Below, piece after piece: positions 18,555 through 27,613 of a DNA stretch of 42,406 bases. Each line of letters opens with the position of its first letter. Positions within the stretch are counted from its first letter, which is position 1. Under the pieces are notes generated by a model. That model saw only the letters and a list, made by a program, of their open reading frames with translations. It was not told the DNA's origin and did no database searches. Source of the stretch: a bacterium (GTDB taxonomy: Bacteria > Patescibacteriota > Microgenomatia > UBA8517); assembly GCA_021790215.1 (NCBI GenBank), contig JAJYIG010000003.1, positions 1-42,406 on the forward strand. The letters are read 5' to 3'. The position numbers were made by a program, and so were the translations under genes.

Positions 18555-19178
18555 ATGACTTTATATAAAATCGATCCACAATTAACTTCCATTCAATTAA
18601 TAAAGGAAAACTTGAATTTAGCCAGAAGATTAATTGGAAATTCTCAGAAAAAAATTATTCCATTTGACCCAAACGACACGCTTTCTTTTTACAAGGGAAG
18701 GGCAAAACATTTACAAACCATGGCGTTTCTTGGAATAACAACGGAATATCTTTTGAAATTAATTGTATCCAAACGAGGTTATTCAATTCAGGAAGTAGAT
18801 TATATTAAGGGTGTGGGTAAACATATTGATATTAAATATGCCGAAAAGACTATTTCATATGAGAAATCCGTCTCATTATTTAAGAAGTCAAACCCACATA
18901 ATTACTACAAAAATACCAAAGTATATGAGTTTAATACCCACAATATAGATTATCAGTATTCATATTTAGGATATAAGCGGATTGATCCGGAAACTTGTGT
19001 AACTTTGATACAAAAAATAAGGAACAACTACCTACATAAAGTTGATTCCCATGGAGAATGGAACGGCATAATTTGGTATGTTTATGATTTTATTGTTTGG
19101 TTGGCAAAAAAAGAATTCGGCAGTAGTTTTTCAAGATACAGGTTAATTGGAAGTGACGAGATAAAAAAGCTTTTTTGA
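18555..19178 (+). CDS. Putative HEPN-like protein
   Basis: TEYLLK (ExxxK) in N-terminal helix and RNNYLH (Rx4H) near C-terminus; AT-rich. Confidence 0.55.
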   Translation: MTLYKIDPQLTSIQLIKENLNLARRLIGNSQKKIIPFDPNDTLSFYKGRAKHLQTMAFLGITTEYLLKLIVSKRGYSIQEVDYIKGVGKHIDIKYAEKTISYEKSVSLFKKSNPHNYYKNTKVYEFNTHNIDYQYSYLGYKRIDPETCVTLIQKIRNNYLHKVDSHGEWNGIIWYVYDFIVWLAKKEFGSSFSRYRLIGSDEIKKLF

Positions 19179-19182
19179 TAAA

Positions 19183-20061
19183 TTAGCTCATTAGCTTATC
19201 GGGGAGTAGACTATCCTTTGTCCATTTTCCATCATAAAAAGCAGAATTATTCTCTGAAATTCTTGTAATATCTCTGTCGCCATTTTTGTCTTTAGTTTCT
19301 TCAAAACGATTGATACCAAAATCAACAGCAGCCATTTCTGCATTCTTGGCTGTGTTTGAAAAACCCTTTTTTAAAAGTTCGTTTGAATCAATCCAGGCGA
19401 AATATTCGTGAAGTTTGTGTTCCGGACCAAATGTATTTGTCAACCAAAGATTATTTTCTTTCGATTTGAACTGAAGAATAACCCTCCAAGCTTGATTCTT
19501 TATAGAAACGGGGTGTGTGGCGTAAGCCTCGATTCTTAGACCCGGGGTCAATGTCTTACTATATTTACCATCCCACCAATTCGGATTTTGGACCTCCCGG
19601 AATTTGCCATTCTCAAACTCGAAAGTAAATGTGTCACCGTCGTTAACCAAGTTCTTATCGATATATTCTTTGATCTTTTCAATTGGAAGATTGTCCAAAT
19701 CATCTTTGAGACCGGTTCTGGCAAATAAACTGAGTCCGGAAACTGCAAAGGCAAATCCTACCCATTCATTTTCTTTTTCGGCGGTAACCTTCCCTATGAC
19801 GCCAAAATTTCCCGTCATACTGGCATACCCTTCGCTGTACCATGCGATGGAGTAACCTTTATATTTAACGACTTGGCTATATTGAATAAGTTTTGGATTT
19901 ACTTTAACAAACTCGAGAATATCATCCTCCTTATAGCGCCTGTCTCCGCGGTCGTTTACTTTGATAGCTACCAGTTTTCCTTCCCGATCCCAACGTCTTA
20001 GGGTTTCTGGGTTTACCTTAATTAGAGCAGCTGCCTCATTAATGTCTATGAGTTTGTCCAT
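19183..20061 (-). CDS. MerR/excisionase-type HTH fused to unknown domain
   Basis: INEAAALIKVNPETLRRWDREGKL...RGDRRY N-terminal HTH. Confidence 0.8.
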   Translation of the reverse strand: MDKLIDINEAAALIKVNPETLRRWDREGKLVAIKVNDRGDRRYKEDDILEFVKVNPKLIQYSQVVKYKGYSIAWYSEGYASMTGNFGVIGKVTAEKENEWVGFAFAVSGLSLFARTGLKDDLDNLPIEKIKEYIDKNLVNDGDTFTFEFENGKFREVQNPNWWDGKYSKTLTPGLRIEAYATHPVSIKNQAWRVILQFKSKENNLWLTNTFGPEHKLHEYFAWIDSNELLKKGFSNTAKNAEMAAVDFGINRFEETKDKNGDRDITRISENNSAFYDGKWTKDSLLPDKLMS

Positions 20062-20203
20062 ACGTATATTATCTTATACTAACTTATACATTTATGCAAG
20101 TGGCTTTTCTCTTTTATTGTGTCCCAAATGTCTCATTTAGCCTCGGGTGTGATACACTACTCTCAAGCGGTTATGGGCTCAGAAGGGCCTAGACCGAGAT
20201 GCT

Positions 20204-20257
20204 CAGCCAAGCAGTGCACCCCAGTGACCGAGACTTCTAGAATAGCCCAGAAACACC
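20204..20257 (+). repeat. Right island boundary (attR-like), copy 2 of direct repeat
   Basis: CAGCCAAG core plus 44/54 identity to 97-150; extra GACCGAGA copy at 20192-20199. Confidence 0.8.
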
Positions 20258-20422
20258 GCCAAAAAAGCTATTTTCAAAAGCGAGGATTATAACCATCGTT
20301 TACTCTCGAAAAAGCCCCGTTCGAATCTCTATTCTGTTGAGTTTATGGGATATAATCAAATAACATGAATCACCAAAACTTATGGTTCGTCTTTATATGT
20401 ACAAAAAAGTTAAATAATTTTT

Positions 20423-21022
20423 ATGGATGAAATTGAAATCAGGGGAAAAATAAATGATGACGAGTTTAAAAAACTTCACGAGTTTTTGTCTAAAAAGGCA
20501 CAACCGGTAGATGAATATGAAAGATTAACTGTAGACATTTCTCCAGGCTTTGACCCCCAAACCCGTAATTGGGGTCAAGTAAATAAAGCAAATAATAACA
20601 ATCAGATTGATTTGCGTATTAAAAAATCTGGCAAAAATGAAAAGATCTCTGTCAAACTTGGCCACTACGCTTCAAAAAATCGGCAGGAATTTGAGATTGA
20701 TCTAAAAGAAGGGGAACTGGTTGATGCTCTACATCTTTTCGAAGCTCTTGGATTTAAAACAGGAATGATTTATTTTTGGAAAAGTAGCCTTTACAAATAC
20801 AAAAATTTTGAGATAAAAATAAATGAATACCCAAGCGGGAATAGGGATTGGGAAATTGAATCACAAAATTCAGAGAGTGACCCGGATGACTTGGCGAAAG
20901 AATTGTCTCTTCATCCGTTTACGGAAGAAGAATTCCGTGAATATATAAACTGGAAAAATATTAATCTCCACGATTTATATTCCTTAGATAGGGTGAAGGA
21001 ATTACTTGAAAAATATGTTTAA
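20423..21022 (+). CDS. CYTH-domain protein
   Basis: N-terminal EIEIRGK, LRIK, E.EI, WEIE motifs. Confidence 0.8.
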   Translation: MDEIEIRGKINDDEFKKLHEFLSKKAQPVDEYERLTVDISPGFDPQTRNWGQVNKANNNNQIDLRIKKSGKNEKISVKLGHYASKNRQEFEIDLKEGELVDALHLFEALGFKTGMIYFWKSSLYKYKNFEIKINEYPSGNRDWEIESQNSESDPDDLAKELSLHPFTEEEFREYINWKNINLHDLYSLDRVKELLEKYV

Positions 21023-21746
21023 CGAAAAAGTATCCTTTGAAGAAATTAATGGTAAGCAGATTTTTTGCGATTTTTCCGAACCCGAAAATCCACAAAAGAA
21101 ACTTGTGATAATGAGCCATGGCTTCAGGGGTTCTTCAACTGGTCCTGCCAGAACATTTGTTGATTTCCAGAGAATACTAAATAAAGAAGGATTTTCAGTT
21201 TTGCGTTTTGATCAGTCAAATGGCGGAAATTCAGAAGGAGACTATTTAGAGACCTCATACAACGAATGGGTGGACACGATTGTTTACTTTGCTAAAAAGT
21301 ATTTAGATCGGGGCTATAAAGTTGCGCTTTTAGGACAAAGCATGGGAGGAGCAGCAACGGTCGTTGCAACTAATAAGCCAGAATTGAAAGATAAAATTCC
21401 TGTAATTCTTCTTTGGGTTCCGGGTGTTAACGAAGGAGACTTTAACGGAAAGCCAGAAGAAATTTTTGAAGAAGCCGGACAGAAATATAAAGGAAAGTTT
21501 TGGATGGAAGCAAGAAATGCTGATTTCTTTAAATGTTTAGATGAATATAAGGGAAAGATTCATTTGGTTTACGGAGAATATGACAAATATATTTCACAGG
21601 AATTAAGAAATAAAGTTATGGATGTAATCAAAGCAAAAAATCAACCTGTAATGGTTCTGAAGGGTCAAGATCATAGCCCTTGGGAATTCGATGTGGCCCA
21701 GGAGGTATATAAAGAGGAATTGGGACTTCTTAAATCTACGCTCTAA
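21015..21746 (+). CDS. Alpha/beta hydrolase
   Basis: HGFRG, RFD..NGG.S.G, GQSMGG nucleophile, GEYD, DH. Confidence 0.9.
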   Translation: MFNEKVSFEEINGKQIFCDFSEPENPQKKLVIMSHGFRGSSTGPARTFVDFQRILNKEGFSVLRFDQSNGGNSEGDYLETSYNEWVDTIVYFAKKYLDRGYKVALLGQSMGGAATVVATNKPELKDKIPVILLWVPGVNEGDFNGKPEEIFEEAGQKYKGKFWMEARNADFFKCLDEYKGKIHLVYGEYDKYISQELRNKVMDVIKAKNQPVMVLKGQDHSPWEFDVAQEVYKEELGLLKSTL

Positions 21747-21761
21747 GGATAATGCGTTTGA

Positions 21762-22016
21762 ACCACTTCTCCTGACCCAGATAACGGCGAACAAAATGTT
21801 GAGCTTTTTATTCTTGGTGATATTAATAAATTTAAAGAGCTAGAACACCACCTTGACCCCCAACATCCGGAAGGCCACATGTGGCTTACCTGGTATGACA
21901 TGAATAATCTACCTGACAATTTATTCCCCAAGCCGCTAACTAAAAAGTTAGTTGAAGATTACAAAAAAGGGTTTCCAAACGCTGGAGAATATGTAGGGAG
22001 AATGGATAGCAAGTAA
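21762..22016 (+). pseudogene. Truncated 3' gene fragment, NUDIX-like C-terminus
   Basis: Open frame ...VELFILG...WYDMNNLPDNLFPKPL...EDYKKGFP..EYVG with no upstream start. Confidence 0.45.
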
Positions 22017-22435
22017 TATATTTATCCTTTTTAGGGTATACCCTTAAGGCTTCTTTTAGTACACCCAGTATTCTTTTTGAAGCTGATTTACATCAAAAGT
22101 CTCTTTTTGACACTCAATATCGTGACTTATTAGAAATTGGTTTTATTCAAATACCCGACGTATAGGTGCTTGTTTAGGAATAACAATCTTCTATCCAACG
22201 TCTTGGTCGTTATTCATGAGTTCATTACTTTTAAGGCAGGTGGCATCTGTTATCGTTTGTTTTCTTTTATCAATGCCATAAAGTAGTGCAGGTGCAACAA
22301 CCAAAAACCACGCAACAAACATTGCCAACATACCTGAAAATCTAAGAAAAAATTGTAGCATCAATTCAAATTATATACGATCGGAATTAAATGCGGGATA
22401 TTGTGTAGGCCCAAGCACTGCGCTGGTTTTTTGAC

Positions 22436-22687
22436 TTAACGACTATTGGGGCCACCCCTTTTAACACAGTCTTGAACCAAACTTTCTGAAGCTGCTTGTA
22501 GTTGCAGATCTCCTAATTTACTATCCCCTGTTCCCAACATGGATCCTAAATTTTGAACATACCGTTTGCACCTAGACTCAACTGAATTGTAATTAAATAG
22601 GTAAATTACCCCAACAACAATAGCCAAAACTAAGACAATGATAAGGAAATATTTGTTCTTGAAGAGGTCGTCTCTAAGTATGTCCAT
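22436..22687 (-). CDS. Small membrane-anchored hypothetical protein
   Basis: One TM, two Cys; overlaps upstream small gene. Confidence 0.6.
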   Translation of the reverse strand: MDILRDDLFKNKYFLIIVLVLAIVVGVIYLFNYNSVESRCKRYVQNLGSMLGTGDSKLGDLQLQAASESLVQDCVKRGGPNSR

Positions 22688-22844
22688 TTTTGTTTTTTAC
22701 CGATTTCCAAATAAATCCCAAGATAAAACCACCCACCGGGCTTAAAACCAAACTCCAAATTATCCCTGAGATGAAACTCAACCCCCATTTTTTCCACAAA
22801 TAGCCCATGGCTATTGCAACTAATATCCAAACTATATAAATCAT
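22674..22844 (-). CDS. Small two-TM protein (56 aa, not in ORF track)
   Basis: Translates MIYIVWILVAIAMGYLWKKWGLSFISGIIWSLVLSPVGGFILGFIWKSVKNKNGHT. Confidence 0.6.
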   Translation of the reverse strand: MIYIVWILVAIAMGYLWKKWGLSFISGIIWSLVLSPVGGFILGFIWKSVKNKNGHT

Positions 22845-23053
22845 AAATTTGACATGTTACCTTTTTCTCTCCGTCTTTTTTCTAATTCGACTTCCTGCTG
22901 TAAATCATGCTTAACTTGACAAATAGTAAACTTACCTACAGCTATTTTTAACAAGGCTACCTCTCTTAGTATCAATAATTTGATTATATACCAATCCTCT
23001 TCCCGTATGTCAATCTCCAATTGGTGTACAATATGAAGATTCATTTAGTTTCT

Positions 23054-23839
23054 ATGAAAATACCGCTACTTAAACGTATTACAACTAAAGGGTTACAGAA
23101 AGTCCCTGAAATAACAGTTTTCTTTTGGATCGTTAAACTGTTCACCACTGCAATGGGAGAGTCGACGTCCGACTACCTTGTACACCACATTAATCCCGTT
23201 ATCGCCGTCATTATTGGAGCGTTCGGGTTTGCCATCGCAATAGCTCTTCAATTTTTGACGAAGAAGTATATTGCATGGGTTTATTGGTTGGCAGTCATGA
23301 TGGTTGCTGTATTTGGCACAATGGCTGCAGATGTGGTTCATATTGTACTTGGTGTTCCGTATCTTATTTCAACAATTGTTTTTGCGACCCTTTTGATAAT
23401 TGTCTTTACTTTATGGCATAAAATAGAGCATTCACTTTCTATTCATAGCATTACAACCCCACGCCGGGAGTTTTTTTACTGGTTAACCGTAGGGGTAACG
23501 TTCGCTCTCGGAACCGCTGTGGGTGACATGACTGCTATGACTTTCCATCTTGGTTATCTCAACTCAGGTATACTCTTTGCCTTCCTATTTGCGCTACCAC
23601 TTCTTTTCAACCGAATGTTTCATACAAATGAGGTAACAACATTCTGGGCTTCCTATGTTGTGACACGTCCCATTGGCGCTTCGTTTGCCGATTGGTTTGG
23701 ACGAACACAGGACTTGGGAGGCATAGGTTTTGGCACAGGCAGGACAAGTATAGTTTTAACAGTGTTTATCATTCTTTTTGTCGTCTATCTAACCATTACA
23801 AAAGCAGATACAAAAAACGCTCATCAACTGCATTTATAA
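23054..23839 (+). CDS. COG4705/DUF347 membrane protein
   Basis: KVPEITVFFWIVK..TT.MGE..SD, GT..AD, TFALGTAVGD, TRP.GAS.AD repeats. Confidence 0.9.
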   Translation: MKIPLLKRITTKGLQKVPEITVFFWIVKLFTTAMGESTSDYLVHHINPVIAVIIGAFGFAIAIALQFLTKKYIAWVYWLAVMMVAVFGTMAADVVHIVLGVPYLISTIVFATLLIIVFTLWHKIEHSLSIHSITTPRREFFYWLTVGVTFALGTAVGDMTAMTFHLGYLNSGILFAFLFALPLLFNRMFHTNEVTTFWASYVVTRPIGASFADWFGRTQDLGGIGFGTGRTSIVLTVFIILFVVYLTITKADTKNAHQLHL

Positions 23840-23841
23840 AA

Positions 23842-24044
23842 ATGATGAATCTACTCATTGTTCTTATTGCACAATACGCGTTTCTTCTCTCTATCGGAAT
23901 AGCTGCTATTTCATTTGGAAAAGCTCAGCGTCCGTACGAAAACATATCATAAAATTTTCCTTCGTAGCATTACCCTTTGGACATTTACTGACAAAACTCT
24001 CCCGTATGCTCTGGTGCAATCCGCAGCCGTCTGTTTCTGATTAA
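23842..24044 (+). pseudogene. Frameshifted N-terminal remnant of a PAP2/BcrC-like phosphatase
   Basis: MMNLLIVLIAQY... then in another frame VALPFGHLLTKLSRMLWCNPQPSV (degenerate K......PRPF motif). Confidence 0.4.
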
Positions 24045-24273
24045 TTCTACCGTACTGATATATCCTACTCTCACATCTCTTTACCACTATATGATCAACA
24101 TCTCAAAAAGTTTGCCTCTTAGAATAAGAAATATTCTAATGATTAACGCAATCCTAGTTACCAGGCTTTTTACCAATCTCTATATATTCCTTCGGTTCCA
24201 TCACTTAAGAGGACTGTCCTCTAAAGTAACTTGACAAAAATTCAAAATTACGTAATCATGGATAAAGTGAGTT

Positions 24274-24441
24274 ATGAAAGATAAAGGTATGGGAGGAATT
24301 TACGGATTAGCTTTTATTGGAGCAGCTATCTACTTTGTTCAACACTCAACTTCTTTTTGGAATGGAGTCCTTGGATTTCTTAAAGCCCTTGTTTGGCCAG
24401 CAGTTCTTATGTACAAAGTGTTAGAGCTCCTGAAGATATAG
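24274..24441 (+). CDS. Small membrane protein (55 aa, not in ORF track)
   Basis: MKDKGMGGIYGLAFIGAAIYFVQHSTSFWNGVLGFLKALVWPAVLMYKVLELLKI. Confidence 0.7.
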   Translation: MKDKGMGGIYGLAFIGAAIYFVQHSTSFWNGVLGFLKALVWPAVLMYKVLELLKI

Positions 24442-24446
24442 TCTCC

Positions 24447-25733
24447 TTAAGAATCAGCGGGTAACCCTATCGGTATTCCCTTTACTTCTTTTGGTTGTAT
24501 TTTTCTAAACCAAACAAAATAAAGAATTGCGTTCATTCCGGAAAAGAGAGCACTTGCAAAAAATGGCAATTCGAGCTCGTTAAGACTTAGCCAATAACCG
24601 GAAATTGCCGGCGAAATTGCGGCAGGAAGCCTTCTCGCTACCCCTCCTATACCAGCCGCTGTCCCGCGAAATTCCTCATCGATAATCCCCATTGTGTAAG
24701 ACTGGCGGATAGGCATTGCAGACATTGTAGAAACCATTCTGATAACCACAAGAAATGCCGCAACCGGATATGTAGGCGAAAAGGCAAGTAAGACGGTGAA
24801 TAAAACTCCAAGAAGTCTGGAGACAGAGATAATATTAACCTCACCGAATCTTCTTGCAAAAGGTGCGATCCAAAGTGACGTAAAAGCTGTCAGAAGTGAA
24901 CTTATGCCAATTACAGGGCCTATTAACATCGGCGAAACTCCAAAACGAAGGTAAAGCCAGTAAGGGAGAAGCCCGCCTATAAATCCAAAACCCACTCCGT
25001 TAAGTAACCCGGCAACGGAAAATTTCCAGATGATTTTAAAATTTGCCTTACGTTTAATTTTTTCGCCATCTGTTTTTGGCCTATTACTTCTAGGAATCTC
25101 CGTAATAGGCAGAAGAACAAAAAGAGATAAAGCTCCGATTGCGGCGACACTTAAAAAAAGAGGCTTATATGATGCGAGGAAAGATAAATGAAGTGCCCTT
25201 TGTAAAAGTTCCGGAATTCCAGCTATAAGTCCACCAACTGCCGTAGCGGAAGTCCCTACCATATTATTAAAACTAAATACCTTCGGGCGCGTCTCAACCG
25301 TAGTTTTTTCGGAAAGGAGAGCCGTTTCTGCCGGGGCAAACGGGCCGGCCTGGCCTCCTGCCCCACCACTTCTTCCAATGCCCCCCAAGGCACTTACTGC
25401 AATAATAACAAATGGTATTGTAGTAATACTAAAAACGATACCGGAAAAAATTAACAAGATACTGTAAAGAATCAAAAACGGTTTTCTACCGAATTTATCA
25501 CTCAGAATTCCTGTAAAAAGCGTGATTACTGCACTTACCAGACTTCCGATACCAAGAGTAATGCCAATAAGCCAATTCGAAAATCCAATCTGGCTCAAAT
25601 AAATGGCAAATATCACAATAATGTATCCTTGTGCAAAACTTCTAAGCCCACGCACGATAACAAGCCTCCTAAGGTCTTTTGTTGGCAACCATTTCTCAAT
25701 AAAGTTCGTGATCAACATCTTATATCTCAGCAC
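24447..25733 (-). CDS. MFS transporter
   Basis: GILSDKFGRK motif A, ~12 TMs. Confidence 0.9.
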   Translation of the reverse strand: MLRYKMLITNFIEKWLPTKDLRRLVIVRGLRSFAQGYIIVIFAIYLSQIGFSNWLIGITLGIGSLVSAVITLFTGILSDKFGRKPFLILYSILLIFSGIVFSITTIPFVIIAVSALGGIGRSGGAGGQAGPFAPAETALLSEKTTVETRPKVFSFNNMVGTSATAVGGLIAGIPELLQRALHLSFLASYKPLFLSVAAIGALSLFVLLPITEIPRSNRPKTDGEKIKRKANFKIIWKFSVAGLLNGVGFGFIGGLLPYWLYLRFGVSPMLIGPVIGISSLLTAFTSLWIAPFARRFGEVNIISVSRLLGVLFTVLLAFSPTYPVAAFLVVIRMVSTMSAMPIRQSYTMGIIDEEFRGTAAGIGGVARRLPAAISPAISGYWLSLNELELPFFASALFSGMNAILYFVWFRKIQPKEVKGIPIGLPADS

Positions 25734-25762
25734 ACTATATTATATCTACATCGAAGGTGTTA

Positions 25763-26044
25763 TTAAGGTTTATTTTCTATTCTGATTGCTTTGCCTTTGA
25801 TAATCCCTTCTGCAACTTTTTTTTGAGCACTACCTAAAATTCTGGCAAAGGTTGGTTGGGAAACTTTCATCTTTCCTGCAGCTTTTATCTGTTCCAATCC
25901 GTCAACTTCATAAAGTTTTAAAGCTTCCAGTTCATCCGGTAACAGAATTACTTCCTCAAGCTGCCACATGGGAATCCCCTGGGGTTTGAAATAGGTAACA
26001 TCAGGGTTAAATCTAAGGCAGCGGTGAATTCTTGGTCTTGGCAT
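25763..26044 (-). CDS. DUF134 (UPF0251) DNA-binding protein
   Basis: MPRPR, FKPQG, DELEALKL, VSQPTFARIL, GKAIRIE. Confidence 0.9.
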   Translation of the reverse strand: MPRPRIHRCLRFNPDVTYFKPQGIPMWQLEEVILLPDELEALKLYEVDGLEQIKAAGKMKVSQPTFARILGSAQKKVAEGIIKGKAIRIENKP

Positions 26045-26068
26045 GATCCACGCTTGAGAAACAAGTAT

Positions 26069-26320
26069 TTATACTTGTTTCTCAAGCTCTCCCGATTCTT
26101 TCTTTACATACTCAAGCTCTTCCTCAAGAGCTTTTTTGTAGTCGGCAAGGGCTTTTATCTTTTTCTCTTTGCTTTGGGGTTCGTTCCAACCAAAATATCT
26201 TCCCATTTCACTGCCAGCACCAAATCTACGGCGCCATCCCAGACCTAAACCACAAGGTCCAAAGCCATATCTAGTTCCCGGACCCATTCCTCTTGGGCAT
26301 GTTCCATCAAAGTTCGGCAT
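26069..26320 (-). CDS. DUF5320-family protein
   Basis: MPNFDGT.P.G.GP.T..G.G.C Gly-rich start and coiled-coil end; AGGAGGT RBS. Confidence 0.85.
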   Translation of the reverse strand: MPNFDGTCPRGMGPGTRYGFGPCGLGLGWRRRFGAGSEMGRYFGWNEPQSKEKKIKALADYKKALEEELEYVKKESGELEKQV

Positions 26321-26351
26321 ATTTATTTTACCTCCTTTCTGATACTAATAT

Positions 26352-26394
26352 TGAATACCTATTCATTATAGAAGAATAAAAAATATTTTGTCAA
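26352..26394 (-). promoter_or_regulatory. Sigma70 promoter with TGAATA-CC-TATTCA dyad
   Basis: Minus-strand TTGACA(26394-26389)-N18-TATAAT(26370-26365); palindrome at 26352-26365. Confidence 0.65.
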
Positions 26395-26407
26395 GAAGCG
26401 GGCGGGT

Positions 26408-27373
26408 TCACAAAACCCAGTTAAATAAGTAGCCTGTGAAAATGATTCCTATCGTCAAAATGGCAATATAAATCGCCAAAAGTTTTGGCTTAAGAACTTT
26501 TCTTAAAATTATCATTTCGGGGAATGATAAGGCAGTAACCGACATCATAAACGCTAAAGCGGTACCAATTGGCAAACCTTTTTCGATAAGTGACTTAACA
26601 ATCGGGATTGTTCCGGCAGCATTTGAATAAAGGGGAACTCCGATTAGAACTGCAAGTGGAACCGCAAAAAGATTCCCTTTGCCGGCAATTTTTGCCAAAA
26701 GGTTTTCCGGAGCGTAACCGTGAACTAACGCCCCCGCTGCAACCCCGACCAAAACATAAGGGAAAACCTTTTTAATAAGATCCAAGGTGTATTGGTATGC
26801 TTCTCTGAGTCGGTCCGTAAATGTTTTTTTGATATCTACCGTTTGACAATTTGCCTTGATTTTCCAGACATAGTCCTCAACCAGATATTCAAGTTTCAAT
26901 CTTCCAAGAATGAATCCAACTATAACTGCTATAGCGACTCCAGATACAATGTATAAAAGTGCAATCATTGGTCCAAAAAGTCCCAGAAGCATAACAGCCG
27001 CAACTTCATTAACCATCGGGGCAGAAATAAGATAAGAAAAAGTTACCCCCAAAGGAACTCCGGACTCAACCAACCCGATAAAAAGTGGGACCGCAGAGCA
27101 GGAGCAAAACGGCGTCACGATACCGATTAGAGCAGCAATAATATTGCCGACTATTTCAAAACGATTTGTTAACCACTTTTTAGTTTTTTCCGGAGGCAAA
27201 TACGAACGAATGACCGATACCGCAAAAATAATTACTGAAAGTAAAAGAAATATTTTAACGCTATCATTGACGAAAAAATCCACGGCCCCACCCAAAATAC
27301 TTCCTTTTACAAAATGGAGAATCGAATAGGTAATCCAATCAGCTAGTATCTGGATAGGGTAAAAAATGTCCAT
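26408..27373 (-). CDS. ArsP/DUF318-family permease
   Basis: TPFCSCSAVP, SAPMVNE, GVPLYSN, ALSFPE motifs. Confidence 0.9.
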   Translation of the reverse strand: MDIFYPIQILADWITYSILHFVKGSILGGAVDFFVNDSVKIFLLLSVIIFAVSVIRSYLPPEKTKKWLTNRFEIVGNIIAALIGIVTPFCSCSAVPLFIGLVESGVPLGVTFSYLISAPMVNEVAAVMLLGLFGPMIALLYIVSGVAIAVIVGFILGRLKLEYLVEDYVWKIKANCQTVDIKKTFTDRLREAYQYTLDLIKKVFPYVLVGVAAGALVHGYAPENLLAKIAGKGNLFAVPLAVLIGVPLYSNAAGTIPIVKSLIEKGLPIGTALAFMMSVTALSFPEMIILRKVLKPKLLAIYIAILTIGIIFTGYLFNWVL

Positions 27374-27613
27374 TTAGAGATTCTCTTTTATAAGCTTTTT
27401 GATTTTCTCCGTGTCTGGGGTAAACCCAACCATTACAGGTTTGCCGTTTACAATGAGAACCGGGCTACTCATAATCCCAAGCTCAATAATTTTTGTAACA
27501 TCGGTACTATACTCAACTTCGTCTTTTAAGTTTAATTCCTTTGAAATCTCCTGGACCACCTCATATAGTTTTCTGCAGGTGGGGCAACCGGAACCTAGAA
27601 CCTGAATTTTCAT
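27374..27613 (-). CDS. Small thioredoxin-like redox-active disulfide protein
   Basis: MKIQVLGSGCPTC, GIMSSP. Confidence 0.9.
   Translation of the reverse strand: MKIQVLGSGCPTCRKLYEVVQEISKELNLKDEVEYSTDVTKIIELGIMSSPVLIVNGKPVMVGFTPDTEKIKKLIKENL

Larger units (their letters stand above)
103..20203. mobile_element. tRNA-Gln-integrated genomic island with serine recombinase, terminase module and metal-resistance cargo
   Basis: Flanked by direct repeat anchored on tRNA 3' end; contains recombinase, terminase, methylase and accessory genes. Confidence 0.75.

Noticed and set aside
18428-18558. Small antitoxin ORF upstream of the HEPN-like gene
   Set aside because: Only a 30-aa ORF and a separate frame without a clear start; no recognisable motif
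9525-20061. IS607-like element (MerR HTH plus serine recombinase)
   Set aside because: HTH and recombinase are separate genes ~8 kb apart, the recombinase is the large Zn-ribbon type, and there is no tnpB
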